A stretch of DNA of 49,404 nucleotides from Pseudomonadota bacterium (GCA_039183665.1 JBCDBM010000001.1:1-49404); one strand, 5' to 3'; positions 32,566-41,294 are shown, numbered from the stretch's first letter. The notes: generated by a model from the sequence alone, not told the origin. Made by a program: numbers and translations.

Positions 32566-32596
32566 TGGGATAGCATGGGGATTTATGGGGCGTCAA
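32566..32596. promoter_or_regulatory. MraZ-type TGGGN direct repeats overlapping the candidate dcw promoter
   Basis: TGGGA at 32566, TGGGG at 32576 and TGGGG at 32586 with an exact 10-nt period; on the minus strand TTGACG (-35, 32596-32591) immediately precedes them. Confidence 0.75.
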
Positions 32597-32692
32597 AGGC
32601 TGAATCGCCTCGAAGCCATAAAATCTGCCGAGAATTCTGGAACAGAAACGGAACGCGTTGGGCGCGGCCCGCGATCGAACCCATTGCGCCCG

Positions 32693-33121
32693 TCAAAAAG
32701 CGCGCGAGGCCCTAGCCGCGAACGTTGCTTGCGGCGTCGCTGCCGGCTCGTCAGCAGCGGTAAGCGCGCTCAGTTTCTCGATTTCGCCGTCCAGCGACGC
32801 TAGCTTTTCCGCCACCTCATCATGCGCGCCGCGCAGCGTGATCATAGTCGTTTGCAATCCAAGACGGCGCGCCCGCAACTCTTCGACCTGGCGCTCGCGC
32901 ACATCAGCCGCCTCGCCTTCACATGCCATGAACTCTTCTTCGAGACGGCGCAGCGACGCTTCGGTCGACAGCCGCACGCGCCGAATATCCTCGAGATCGA
33001 GCCTTAGGGCGTCCGCCTCAGCGCTGGCGATTTTCATAAGACGGGTCACGCCCTCAGGCGCGCTGAAACGGGGCATACGGGCTTGATGATACATGTCGCG
33101 CTCCCTTCGAGACCGATGCAC
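32693..33121 (-). CDS. Coiled-coil protein, FliJ-like (divergent), start uncertain
   Basis: Heptad-rich LMKIASAEADALRLDLEDIRR...LRRLEEE...EVAEKLASLDGEIEKL resembles alphaproteobacterial FliJ; divergent from ctrA, where fliI-fliJ lie in several alphaproteobacteria. Confidence 0.5.
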   Translation of the reverse strand: MHRSRRERDMYHQARMPRFSAPEGVTRLMKIASAEADALRLDLEDIRRVRLSTEASLRRLEEEFMACEGEAADVRERQVEELRARRLGLQTTMITLRGAHDEVAEKLASLDGEIEKLSALTAADEPAATPQATFAARASRAF

Positions 33122-33243
33122 TCTTCGATGCGAATACGAAACGGTCTTTTCTTCACCTCGGCTTAATTTTTGATCCGATATTTCTTAATGCGCCTAACCA
33201 AGCTTGATGCCGGCTGACGCCGACAAACTTAATGAAGAGAATA

Positions 33244-33268
33244 TTAAGGTCGCGTAAATTGGTGAATC
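33244..33268. promoter_or_regulatory. Near-consensus CtrA box plus GANTC site in the ctrA upstream region
   Basis: TTAA-GGTCGCG-TAAA at 33244-33258, GAATC at 33264; the AT-rich intergenic region has several more TTAA half-sites and a second GANTC at 33498. Confidence 0.55.
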
Positions 33269-33507
33269 GACTTAGCAAAAAACAGCCGCATAAAACTTAA
33301 TGACAGGCGTCGCAAATCAAGCAATGACGAGGCCTGGCAGGTAATGATCCTTGTCGGAGCTTTAAAAAAAACCATACCCCGTCGTCGATCTCAGCTCGTT
33401 TGTTAACGAATGTGAAAGCAAATCATCGTTAGCATTGGCGTTAGAAACGTTAGCTGCGTGGTTCAAAGGTCTTAACGGGGGGCCGCGCAAAGTTAAGGAG
33501 TCGGACA

Positions 33508-34209
33508 ATGCGGGTTTTGCTGATCGAGGATGACGGCGCCACCGCCCAAAGCATCGAACTAATGCTGAAGTCGGATGGATTTAATGTCTACACGACGGAT
33601 CTTGGCGAGGAAGGCGTCGACCTGGGCAAGGTCTACGACTATGACATCATTCTGCTGGACTTGAACCTGCCTGACATGACAGGCTTCGATGTCTTGAAAT
33701 CACTGCGCGTCTCGAAAGTGAATACGCCGATCCTGATCCTGACAGGCCAAGGCGATATCGAAACCAAAGTGCGCGGGCTCGGCTTCGGCGCCGACGACTA
33801 CATGACAAAGCCATTCCACAAGGACGAATTGGTTGCGCGCATCCACGCTATCGTGCGCCGCTCAAAAGGCCACTCGCAATCGGTCATCACGACGGGCTCG
33901 CTAACGGTCAATCTTGACGCGAAGACGGTGGAAGTTGCTGGCCAACGCGTTCACTTGACGGGCAAAGAATACCAGATGCTTGAGCTGCTTTCTCTGCGCA
34001 AGGGTACGACGCTCACGAAAGAAATGTTCCTCAACCATCTTTATGGCGGTATGGACGAACCAGAATTGAAAATTATTGACGTGTTCATCTGTAAGCTCCG
34101 CAAGAAGCTCGCAGCGGCCACCAGCGGCGAACACTATATCGAGACGGTTTGGGGGCGCGGTTATGTCTTGCGCGATCCAGAAGAGCACAAAGCCGCCTCT
34201 GTCGCCTAA
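33508..34209 (+). CDS. ctrA: Cell-cycle master response regulator CtrA
   Basis: [29 protein letters not shown] (D51), [61 protein letters not shown]. Confidence 0.99.
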   Translation: MRVLLIEDDGATAQSIELMLKSDGFNVYTTDLGEEGVDLGKVYDYDIILLDLNLPDMTGFDVLKSLRVSKVNTPILILTGQGDIETKVRGLGFGADDYMTKPFHKDELVARIHAIVRRSKGHSQSVITTGSLTVNLDAKTVEVAGQRVHLTGKEYQMLELLSLRKGTTLTKEMFLNHLYGGMDEPELKIIDVFICKLRKKLAAATSGEHYIETVWGRGYVLRDPEEHKAASVA

Positions 34210-34247
34210 CAAGTTTTTGTTGCGTTACTTTGTCTTTGCACAAGATC

Positions 34248-34284
34248 GAAACGCCTCCGCTGCCAAGCGGGGGCGTTTCTCTTT
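34248..34284 (+). terminator. Rho-independent terminator after ctrA
   Basis: GAAACGCCTCCGC-TGCCAA-GCGGGGGCGTTTC followed by TCTTT; lies between convergent genes. Confidence 0.75.
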
Positions 34285-34310
34285 ATCGCGAAAACAAAAC
34301 GATAATCGCT

Positions 34311-36365
34311 TTAAAACGTCCCGCCAATCGTCAGCCAAAGCGTGCGCACTGGCTTAAACTGCGCAAACTCGACGGACTCCAGAACGCCCACATCTCGCCG
34401 CGCTGAAAACCGTTCGATGACATCAATCATTGATGATCCGGCGACGTTATCCACCTCAGCCACAATTTTAACGCCGCGAACATCCTTAGCCTCAACGTAG
34501 ACATCAAGCTCCGGATCGCGATCGATATCGGTGATGGAATCCAGACGAAAAGTTTTCGACAGGTCACGCATGTCGAAATCCACCCCATAGGCAAATTGCG
34601 TGTTGGGGATGTCGTGCCGATAATTCACCGTAAACTCATAGATCTTCGAGCGATTAAGCCGCCGCGGCGTGCCGAGCAATGGATCGTCAACGGCTGAATC
34701 CTCATAGACGCCAAGCAGATCAATTTCGACGCCGCCCAAGCCGATGCTCTCCCCTTTCAAGGTCCCAGAGATTTCGAAGCCATAGCGCTCAGCGCTGTCG
34801 ATATTACCCACCGCATCGCCGTCTGCGCCGATGGGAATGCGATCCACCAAATCCGATATCAGTTCCCCATAGATTTGCGCGCTTAAGCGTGAACCGTCAT
34901 CGAATCGTTTTTCAAGCTCAATTTCCGCCCGCCAGGATTGTTCAGGGACGAGATTGGGATTGCCCACGGAATTAAGATCGTCTTCAAGACTGACCGACGA
35001 CACAAAATCCGAAAAATCCAATTGGCCGACCTCTCGGGAGACCTGGGCGCGCAAAGAGAGGCCTCTATCCAATTGATAGGTCGTGGACACAAACCCTTTG
35101 GGTCGAAAAAAATCGCGCACCAAGTCTGCTTGAGATATCTCTGAATACTCGGCGCCGAGACTAACTTGGATGTTCCAGTCCGATGTCAAGCTGCGCTGAT
35201 TGGCGAGCGTCGCCTCATAGCGCACCTCCTCAACCCGCGAGCTGCCGCCGTCAAAAGGCGTCTCGACAACATCGCCCATATCATTGAGCTCAAACAATCG
35301 AGAGTCTGTTTCCAAAAAATTGAACGCACGCTCCAACGCGAGCTGCCAATCGCTCGTCTCGGACCTTGCAAATGAAAACTCTAAACGCGCAATCGTTTCT
35401 CCGGACTCTGACAAATCATCGTTGCGGACGAATTCTGTCGTATCCCCGCCGACGACCCTAGTGAGCCTAGCGTCAAGATCAGAGTCCTCACGCGTAACAT
35501 AGCCAATAGCCTTAAGCGTGCCGAAGAGTAGCGGTAATTCGTAATCTGCACCCACCGTAACGCCGCGATCATCGCCAATATCGTCAAACCTCGTGAAGTT
35601 CGACTCTCCTGGCGGCGCCAACGCAAACCGATCGCTTGGCGTGAAGGCGTCGACATCGGACTGGTAGTATTCGAATGTCAAATTGCCCTTGTGGTCGGCG
35701 CGCGGTGTCCACCCAATATCAAGCGATACGAACGGGCCGCGCTCGATAGCCTCACTGGTTTCAAAACGCTCCTCGAAAACTGCGCCATCGGGGACGAACA
35801 AAATCTCGTCGCTACGGGTTCCCTCACGTCCGACGCCAAAATATACCTCCGAGGAGAACGATAGGTTGCGCCATTCCCCTGAAAGAGTGGCTCCGCCTTC
35901 AGCGAGCGTAAGGCCGGATTGGCTTTCGTAATATGGAAACCACTGCCAAGTGCCCGAAAGCCCGCCAGCGCGCGTTACGACATTGGCGACTTGCCCCGTT
36001 AAACCAGGAACGCCGAGCGTCGCCCCATCCAAAATTTCGATGCGCTCAACATTGGTTGCATTAATGCGATTGAGTTGATCTTCTATGGTCGTCTTGCCGG
36101 TGGTGCGGGCGCCGTTGATGAGGACGTTCGCGCCGCCTTGTCCTAATCCACGGCGTTCCTCAGCTTCCTCGCGTTCAAACCCAGGAACACGATCGACCAT
36201 CTCTCGGGCGTTTCGCGGCGTGAACTGATCAAAATAGTCCGCTTCGAATGTGGCGGTAACGTCGCGAGCCAAGGCTGACTCGACAAGCGCCGCGCCGCCC
36301 GCGAGCAGTATCGCAGACAAAGCGCCTATTCGATTGTCCCGGCTACGCTTGCCGCCGCGCATCAC
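34311..36365 (-). CDS. TonB-dependent receptor
   Basis: Signal peptide, plug domain (EMVDRVPGF...NVLINGAR...VERIEIL), GNPNLVPEQSW, C-terminal Phe. Confidence 0.88.
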   Translation of the reverse strand: MMRGGKRSRDNRIGALSAILLAGGAALVESALARDVTATFEADYFDQFTPRNAREMVDRVPGFEREEAEERRGLGQGGANVLINGARTTGKTTIEDQLNRINATNVERIEILDGATLGVPGLTGQVANVVTRAGGLSGTWQWFPYYESQSGLTLAEGGATLSGEWRNLSFSSEVYFGVGREGTRSDEILFVPDGAVFEERFETSEAIERGPFVSLDIGWTPRADHKGNLTFEYYQSDVDAFTPSDRFALAPPGESNFTRFDDIGDDRGVTVGADYELPLLFGTLKAIGYVTREDSDLDARLTRVVGGDTTEFVRNDDLSESGETIARLEFSFARSETSDWQLALERAFNFLETDSRLFELNDMGDVVETPFDGGSSRVEEVRYEATLANQRSLTSDWNIQVSLGAEYSEISQADLVRDFFRPKGFVSTTYQLDRGLSLRAQVSREVGQLDFSDFVSSVSLEDDLNSVGNPNLVPEQSWRAEIELEKRFDDGSRLSAQIYGELISDLVDRIPIGADGDAVGNIDSAERYGFEISGTLKGESIGLGGVEIDLLGVYEDSAVDDPLLGTPRRLNRSKIYEFTVNYRHDIPNTQFAYGVDFDMRDLSKTFRLDSITDIDRDPELDVYVEAKDVRGVKIVAEVDNVAGSSMIDVIERFSARRDVGVLESVEFAQFKPVRTLWLTIGGTF

Positions 36366-36499
36366 CCTCGCCCAACGCAGCGTTAAACGCCGCGCGTCAA
36401 CTCAACTTTGTTTCTTTGTGTCGTGGAATAGTTATGACGCGAATAGTGAGGCGAGGTCAAACGGCGCCTGTCCGCTTAGAGAACAAGTTTATGCGTTAA

Positions 36500-37396
36500 C
36501 TATTCTGCGCACAACGCATCTTCATACGCCAACAAAGCAGCCTTTCGCGACGCGCCCCATCGATAATTATGTATGGCGCCAGACGCGAGTATCACGCGAT
36601 GGCAGGGGATGAGAACAGATATCATGTTCGCCCCCACCGCAGCGCCCACGGCTCGGCTCGCCTTTCGCGTGCAAACCACATCGGCAATGTCGCCATAGGT
36701 TACACGCGCGCCAAGGGGCAAGCGCATCAGTGCTTCCCAAACCTTGATTTGAAAATTTGTACCCTGAGCATAAAGCGCAATCGGCGCGTCAACGGGCTTA
36801 TTGAGCGCGAAGGCGAAGGCGCGCGCAGCGAGCGGGGCGATAAAGTTCGGATCGTGGTCAAATTCCGCGGCAGGCCAGTCGCTTTTAAGATCCTCAAGAT
36901 CGCCCTCAGCGTTGAAACTGAGCCAACATATGCCCTTGTCTGTTGCGCCGAAAAGCGTGCGCCCAAACGGACCGTCGATCCAATCATACCGTATCATGAG
37001 CCCCGCGCCTTTGCGCCGATAAGCGCCCGGGCTCATGGCTTCGGCCGCCAAAAAAACGTCATGCAGCCGCGAGGGACCCGAAAGTCCAGCCGCAAAGGCC
37101 GCGCCCATCACCGTTTCGCCCTCGCTGAAGGCGCGCTTGGCTTGGGCCGCGGCCAAATATTGCAAAAACCGCTTTGGCGACACGCCGGCGCCGGCCTTAA
37201 AGACCCGTTGAAAGTGACTGGCGGACAGCCCGACTTCACGGGCGGTTTCTTCCAGGGATGGCTGGCGATCTTGATTGGCGACGAGAAAATCTATGGCGCG
37301 CGCAATATGCCCGTAAGCGGATTTGTGCCGACGAGGATCGCCATTCTCAAAAGGGCCAAACTCCAGGGGTGGTATCGCGGTAGGGTGCGTAGACAT
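36500..37396 (-). CDS. Ada-like bifunctional protein: AraC HTH plus O6-methylguanine-DNA methyltransferase
   Basis: LS.SHFQRVF...GVSPKRF (AraC HTH), GLSGPSRLHD, GTNFQIKVW, RAVGAAVG.N, active site IPCHRV. Confidence 0.92.
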   Translation of the reverse strand: MSTHPTAIPPLEFGPFENGDPRRHKSAYGHIARAIDFLVANQDRQPSLEETAREVGLSASHFQRVFKAGAGVSPKRFLQYLAAAQAKRAFSEGETVMGAAFAAGLSGPSRLHDVFLAAEAMSPGAYRRKGAGLMIRYDWIDGPFGRTLFGATDKGICWLSFNAEGDLEDLKSDWPAAEFDHDPNFIAPLAARAFAFALNKPVDAPIALYAQGTNFQIKVWEALMRLPLGARVTYGDIADVVCTRKASRAVGAAVGANMISVLIPCHRVILASGAIHNYRWGASRKAALLAYEDALCAE

Positions 37397-37471
37397 GCTG
37401 CCTTATTAACCATGTGCAGCGCAGCAAAACACCCGTTTCTTGCGATTTCGGACCCGTCCGCCGCCGGGACT

Positions 37472-37487
37472 TTTACGCGGTATTAAC
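37472..37487. promoter_or_regulatory. Near-consensus CtrA box
   Basis: TTTA-CGCGGTA-TTAAC about 55 nt upstream of ORF 37541; a TTAACCAT half-site at 37406-37413. Confidence 0.45.
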
Positions 37488-37540
37488 CTTGATCAGACGT
37501 TATAGGCGGGTCAGGTCATCCTAATTCTCCGCGGGAGCGC

Positions 37541-37894
37541 GTGATGCAAGACTTGCAATACATTGTCGGCATTGGCTACTCGGGCGCAGATTTCCCGCGC
37601 GCCGTCATCCTTGCATTTTTGTTCGCGATGTTCGCCCGCCGCGATATCAATGTCTGGCAATCGGGCCTATTCGCACTGCTCATCGATCGCACGGTTTGGC
37701 CATTTGCCGCCATGGGCGCGACAGGCGCAGACCCACAAGCGATCATGGCCTCGTTCACGGCCATCTTCCGCACCTTCGTGGACGATTTAGGCATTTACAT
37801 CGTGCGCTATATTGGGCTTGTCCTAATGATCGGGGTGTTTTTCACGCTGCGGGTGGGCATTCACCGCGCGCTGCCCGGCAAAGCGGCCGCGTAA
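37541..37894 (+). CDS. Small integral membrane protein of unknown function
   Basis: 117 aa with about 3 hydrophobic segments; GGAG RBS; fills the gap between the Ada-like gene and the ketosynthase. Confidence 0.7.
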   Translation: MMQDLQYIVGIGYSGADFPRAVILAFLFAMFARRDINVWQSGLFALLIDRTVWPFAAMGATGADPQAIMASFTAIFRTFVDDLGIYIVRYIGLVLMIGVFFTLRVGIHRALPGKAAA

Positions 37895-37907
37895 AGCGCC
37901 AACGCGC

Positions 37908-39119
37908 TTATCCCTTTTCGAAAGCGACCACAGCGTTCAACCCGCCAAATGCGAATGAATTCGACAAGACGAGCTCGAAATCTCTTTCGACTGCGCCTGT
38001 CTGCGCATAGTTGAGATCGCATTCAGGGTCCGGCTCGTCATAATTAACGGTGGGCGGGGCAACGCCGTGTTTAAGCGCCAAGAGCGCGGCAATGGTTTCA
38101 ATCCCGCCCGCTGCTCCCAATAGATGGCCGTGCATTGATTTGGTCGATGAGACGACAAGCGCGTCTGCGTCTTGGCCGAAAACCGTTCGAATGGCTTTGG
38201 TCTCTGTTGGGTCATTCATCAATGTGCCCGTACCATGCGCATTGATATAAACCGCAGACGGATCGTTTATCTTAACGCTATCCATCGCCAATGTCATCGC
38301 GCCCGATGCGCCTTCAACGGCCGGATTGATCATATCCTTGCCGTCTGCATTCATGCCGAACCCGGCCAGTCGAGCCAAAATGGGCGCGCCGCGCGCCCGA
38401 GCCCGTTCCTCTTCTTCCAGAACCAGCACGCCTGCGCCCTCGCCAATAACAAGACCGGAGCGATTTTTAGAAAAGGGTCTGCACGTATCATCGGAAAGGA
38501 TATACATGGCCCGCCACGCCTCGAGCGAACCGAACGTCAAACACGCCTCGCTTGCGCCCGTAACGCCGACATCCGCGGCGCCGCTTCGAATTAAGTCTGC
38601 GCAAACGCCGATGGCGTGGGCGCCGGATGCGCACGCGCTCGAGACTGCGAAAGCGGGGCCGCGCAAGCCGAACCGAATGGATAAATGACTGGCCGCCGCA
38701 TTAGGAATAAGTTTCAAGATCGATGTGGGATGCGGCCGCTTTTCGTACCACAACATATCCACATAGGCTTTGTCGTAAGAAACCTGTCCGCCGATACCGG
38801 TTCCGATGATGCAGGCTGCGCGGCCGCTTAACGCCTCATCGATTTCAAGGCCCGACATTTTCATGGCCTCGTCTGCAGCAGCAACGGCGAATTTCGAAAA
38901 TCGATCCGTACGCGCAATATCGCGGCCCAAATTGTCAAGCACGCCGTCAGGATCGTCGACAGCCGCGGTGGGTTTTGTTAGGCTGAATTTTTCCGCGGAG
39001 GTGTATTCCCTGGGGCCTATAGCGCATTGGCCTGCGCTCAACGCACGCCAGTACGCATCCACCCCGATGCCGTTCGGGGCGACGACGCCCATGCCCGTAA
39101 CGACGACGCGTCGGCTCAT
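37908..39119 (-). CDS. Beta-ketoacyl-ACP synthase (FabF/NodE-like)
   Basis: Catalytic Cys-His-His: SACASG, NAHGTG, KSMHGHLLGAAG; DTCRPFS, GEGAG, SNSFAFGG.N. Confidence 0.93.
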   Translation of the reverse strand: MSRRVVVTGMGVVAPNGIGVDAYWRALSAGQCAIGPREYTSAEKFSLTKPTAAVDDPDGVLDNLGRDIARTDRFSKFAVAAADEAMKMSGLEIDEALSGRAACIIGTGIGGQVSYDKAYVDMLWYEKRPHPTSILKLIPNAAASHLSIRFGLRGPAFAVSSACASGAHAIGVCADLIRSGAADVGVTGASEACLTFGSLEAWRAMYILSDDTCRPFSKNRSGLVIGEGAGVLVLEEEERARARGAPILARLAGFGMNADGKDMINPAVEGASGAMTLAMDSVKINDPSAVYINAHGTGTLMNDPTETKAIRTVFGQDADALVVSSTKSMHGHLLGAAGGIETIAALLALKHGVAPPTVNYDEPDPECDLNYAQTGAVERDFELVLSNSFAFGGLNAVVAFEKG

Positions 39120-39127
39120 GACCGCGC

Positions 39128-39376
39128 TCAGCGCTTAATCAGACTGTTGAGCGCGTCGATCAAATCCCCGACTGTCTCCATCTCGCCAAATGGATTCTCA
39201 TTCGCGTTAAACGGAATTTCAACGCTCAGTTTTTCTTCAACTTCATAGATAATCTCGACCACAGAAAATGAGTCTATCCCCAGATCAGAGATCAGCGTGT
39301 CGCGGGTGAGATCGCCGGAGAGCCCGACAGCATTTTCTTTGATAACAGCAAGAAGCGTCGTCTCAATTTCACTCAT
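39128..39376 (-). CDS. Acyl carrier protein (NodF-like)
   Basis: 82 aa, acidic; phosphopantetheine site LGIDSF; TVGDL; GGAG RBS; directly upstream of the ketosynthase. Confidence 0.88.
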   Translation of the reverse strand: MSEIETTLLAVIKENAVGLSGDLTRDTLISDLGIDSFSVVEIIYEVEEKLSVEIPFNANENPFGEMETVGDLIDALNSLIKR

Positions 39377-39465
39377 GAATGGTCTCCATAGGGCGGCGCA
39401 TGAGCAACAAGCATTATCCGATGGGGCCGCCGCTGGCTAGGCGTCCAGCGCACCCGCAAATGGCG

Positions 39466-39951
39466 TCAATCCCGAAAGTTCTTGAACTGCAGGGGCTGTT
39501 CGATGTTGAGACTCTTTACATGGGCGATCGTCTGCTGGAGATCATCGCGCTTTTTACCGGTAACCCGCAGCTCATCACCCTGGATAGCCGCCTGGACTTT
39601 GAGCTTCTCCCCTTTGATCGCCTTGACGATTGATTTGGCGAGCTCTTTGTCGATGCCATTTTTGAGGGTTACCGTTTGCCGGACGGCTTGGCCGGCCGCA
39701 GATTCCTCCTTACCGTAATCGAGCGCGCCGGGCTCGATCCCCCGTTTTTGCATCTGGCCTTGCAAAATTTCATGAAGCTGGCGCAGCTTCAGCGCATCAT
39801 CGGCGTTCAGCGTGATAACGCCGTCTTTGATGTCGACGCTCGAGGCCGAGCCTTTAAAATCATAGCGCGTCGACAGCTCGCGCATTACGTTTTGCACGGC
39901 GTTGTCCGCCTCATTCAAATCCACCGTGGAAACGATATCGAAAGACGGCAT
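39466..39951 (-). CDS. yajQ: YajQ family nucleotide/c-di-GMP-binding protein
   Basis: Start reassigned to MPSFDIVS (GGAGG RBS); RYDFKGS, KVQAAIQGD.LRVTGKKRDDLQ, QFKNFRD. Confidence 0.96.
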   Translation of the reverse strand: MPSFDIVSTVDLNEADNAVQNVMRELSTRYDFKGSASSVDIKDGVITLNADDALKLRQLHEILQGQMQKRGIEPGALDYGKEESAAGQAVRQTVTLKNGIDKELAKSIVKAIKGEKLKVQAAIQGDELRVTGKKRDDLQQTIAHVKSLNIEQPLQFKNFRD

Positions 39952-39995
39952 AGGGCCTCCTGTGGTTGAGGGTCTGCGGCCCTCCCAAAAATCTA

Positions 39996-40386
39996 CGCCA
40001 GGCGGCCTATAAGCCGGGTTCTGTACTCGGTCCAAACGGGCCAAGCGACGACCATTCCTCTAGGCGCGCGCTTGCACGCGCGCTCAAGCAACCAACCCGG
40101 ACGGCAAACGCGAAGACGCGCCTGGCTCAAAAAAGAGCCGCTCCGTCCCTATTCGGTTTCGCTCCAGGCGGGGCTTGCCCTGCCCGCTCTGTCGCCAGAG
40201 CGGCGGTGCGCTCTTACCGCACCTTTTCACCCTTACCCTCATACGAGGGCGGTTTGTTTTCTGCGGCGCTTTCCCTCAAACGCCCCAAGGGGCGTCCGGC
40301 CGGGTGTTACCCGGCGCCTTGTCTCCGTGGAGCCCGGACTTTCCTCCCCGCTGAAAACAGCGCGGCGGCCGTCCGACCGTCTGGCG
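39996..40386 (-). ncRNA. rnpB: RNase P RNA, bacterial class A
   Basis: Minus strand contains GAGGAAAGTCCGGGCTCC, GGAAAGCGCCGCAGAAAACAAACCGCC, GGTAAGGGTGAAAAGGTGCGGTAAGAGCGCACCG and ACAGAACCCGGCTTATAG; P1 is formed by the complementary ends CGCCAG/CTGGCG. Confidence 0.97.
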
Positions 40387-40469
40387 ATGCTGGGAGGTGC
40401 GCGCTCAAGGCCCGCCTGTCAAGACAGGCCGCGAAAGCGGCCCCAAACGTTAGAAGGCGCCAGGCGCCG

Positions 40470-41294
40470 CTACCAAATTGCGTAGGACATAAAGAGACCG
40501 AGCGTCGCCTGATCCCGCGACCCGCGCCGACGCACCAACGGCGCATCGCCTGCATCCCCTGTTAAGCGATCATAACCGGCAATGGCGACCATGCTGACAG
40601 AGCCGTCGCGGGTAATCGGCAGAATAACAGCTGCGCCAACCCCGACCGACTGAATGCCGCTTGAGGCGTCAAAAACCGGCAGTCCCGATGCGAGCGCCTG
40701 CTCAGCAGTTACGCCGAAATAGGCGTCGTTATAGCTGTCGCCAACAAAGGTCGCGCGCGGTCCAACGGAATAGAAGAGCGGCCGGTCACCGGCGGATGTG
40801 CGTCCGCTGTAAGATAGGCGCGCGTCAGCAATAAAGCCCTCGTGGCCGTTGATCCCGTGGCGGGCTTCAAGCGTCGCCGTCAAAACACCGATATCAATTT
40901 CAGCGAACCCGCCAAGCTCCACCGTGGTGTTGACGTCGCCAAGGCCAGCGAGGTCCGGCGTCTCATCTCCTGCAATCGCGAAAGCCTGATCACCGTCTTC
41001 GTTCCGCGCGAACGCAATGCGCGCGATTGGGCCGAAGCGAAGACGATCGTTCTTGACGAGGGTATAGCCGACGCCGTCTTGGACAGACGCGAAAAAGCGG
41101 TCGCCATATTCAATTTTGACGTACGGCAACAAAGACGCCCGGTAATTATCATCGCCCCGATAGGCCGGAGACAACAACGCGCCAGCGCCTATATCGAGGC
41201 CCCAACCATCACTTTGGCCAGCGGGCTGGGCATAGGCCGGTGCGCCGACCAGCAGAGCCAATGCTGTTATGAAAGGGCTGATCAAGGTTTTCAC
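40470..41294 (-). CDS. MipA/OmpV family outer-membrane protein
   Basis: Signal peptide, P.Y.G.D.Y...LP, Y..AYFGVT..Q...SGL, YDRL.GDA..PLV, terminal aromatic residue. Confidence 0.9.
   Translation of the reverse strand: MKTLISPFITALALLVGAPAYAQPAGQSDGWGLDIGAGALLSPAYRGDDNYRASLLPYVKIEYGDRFFASVQDGVGYTLVKNDRLRFGPIARIAFARNEDGDQAFAIAGDETPDLAGLGDVNTTVELGGFAEIDIGVLTATLEARHGINGHEGFIADARLSYSGRTSAGDRPLFYSVGPRATFVGDSYNDAYFGVTAEQALASGLPVFDASSGIQSVGVGAAVILPITRDGSVSMVAIAGYDRLTGDAGDAPLVRRRGSRDQATLGLFMSYAIW

Noticed and set aside
33320-33335. Possible sigma54 promoter AGGCCT-N5-TTGCT on the minus strand upstream of the FliJ-like gene
   Set aside because: Poor -24 match and about 200 nt from the start; could be chance.
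36569-37486. 305-aa plus-strand ORF over the Ada-like gene
   Set aside because: Antisense shadow; no recognisable domain.
39966-40565. ORFs of 199, 137 and 82 aa overlapping 40.0-40.5 kb, and the 31-aa N-terminal extension of yajQ
   Set aside because: The region is the RNase P RNA gene; these ORFs are spurious.
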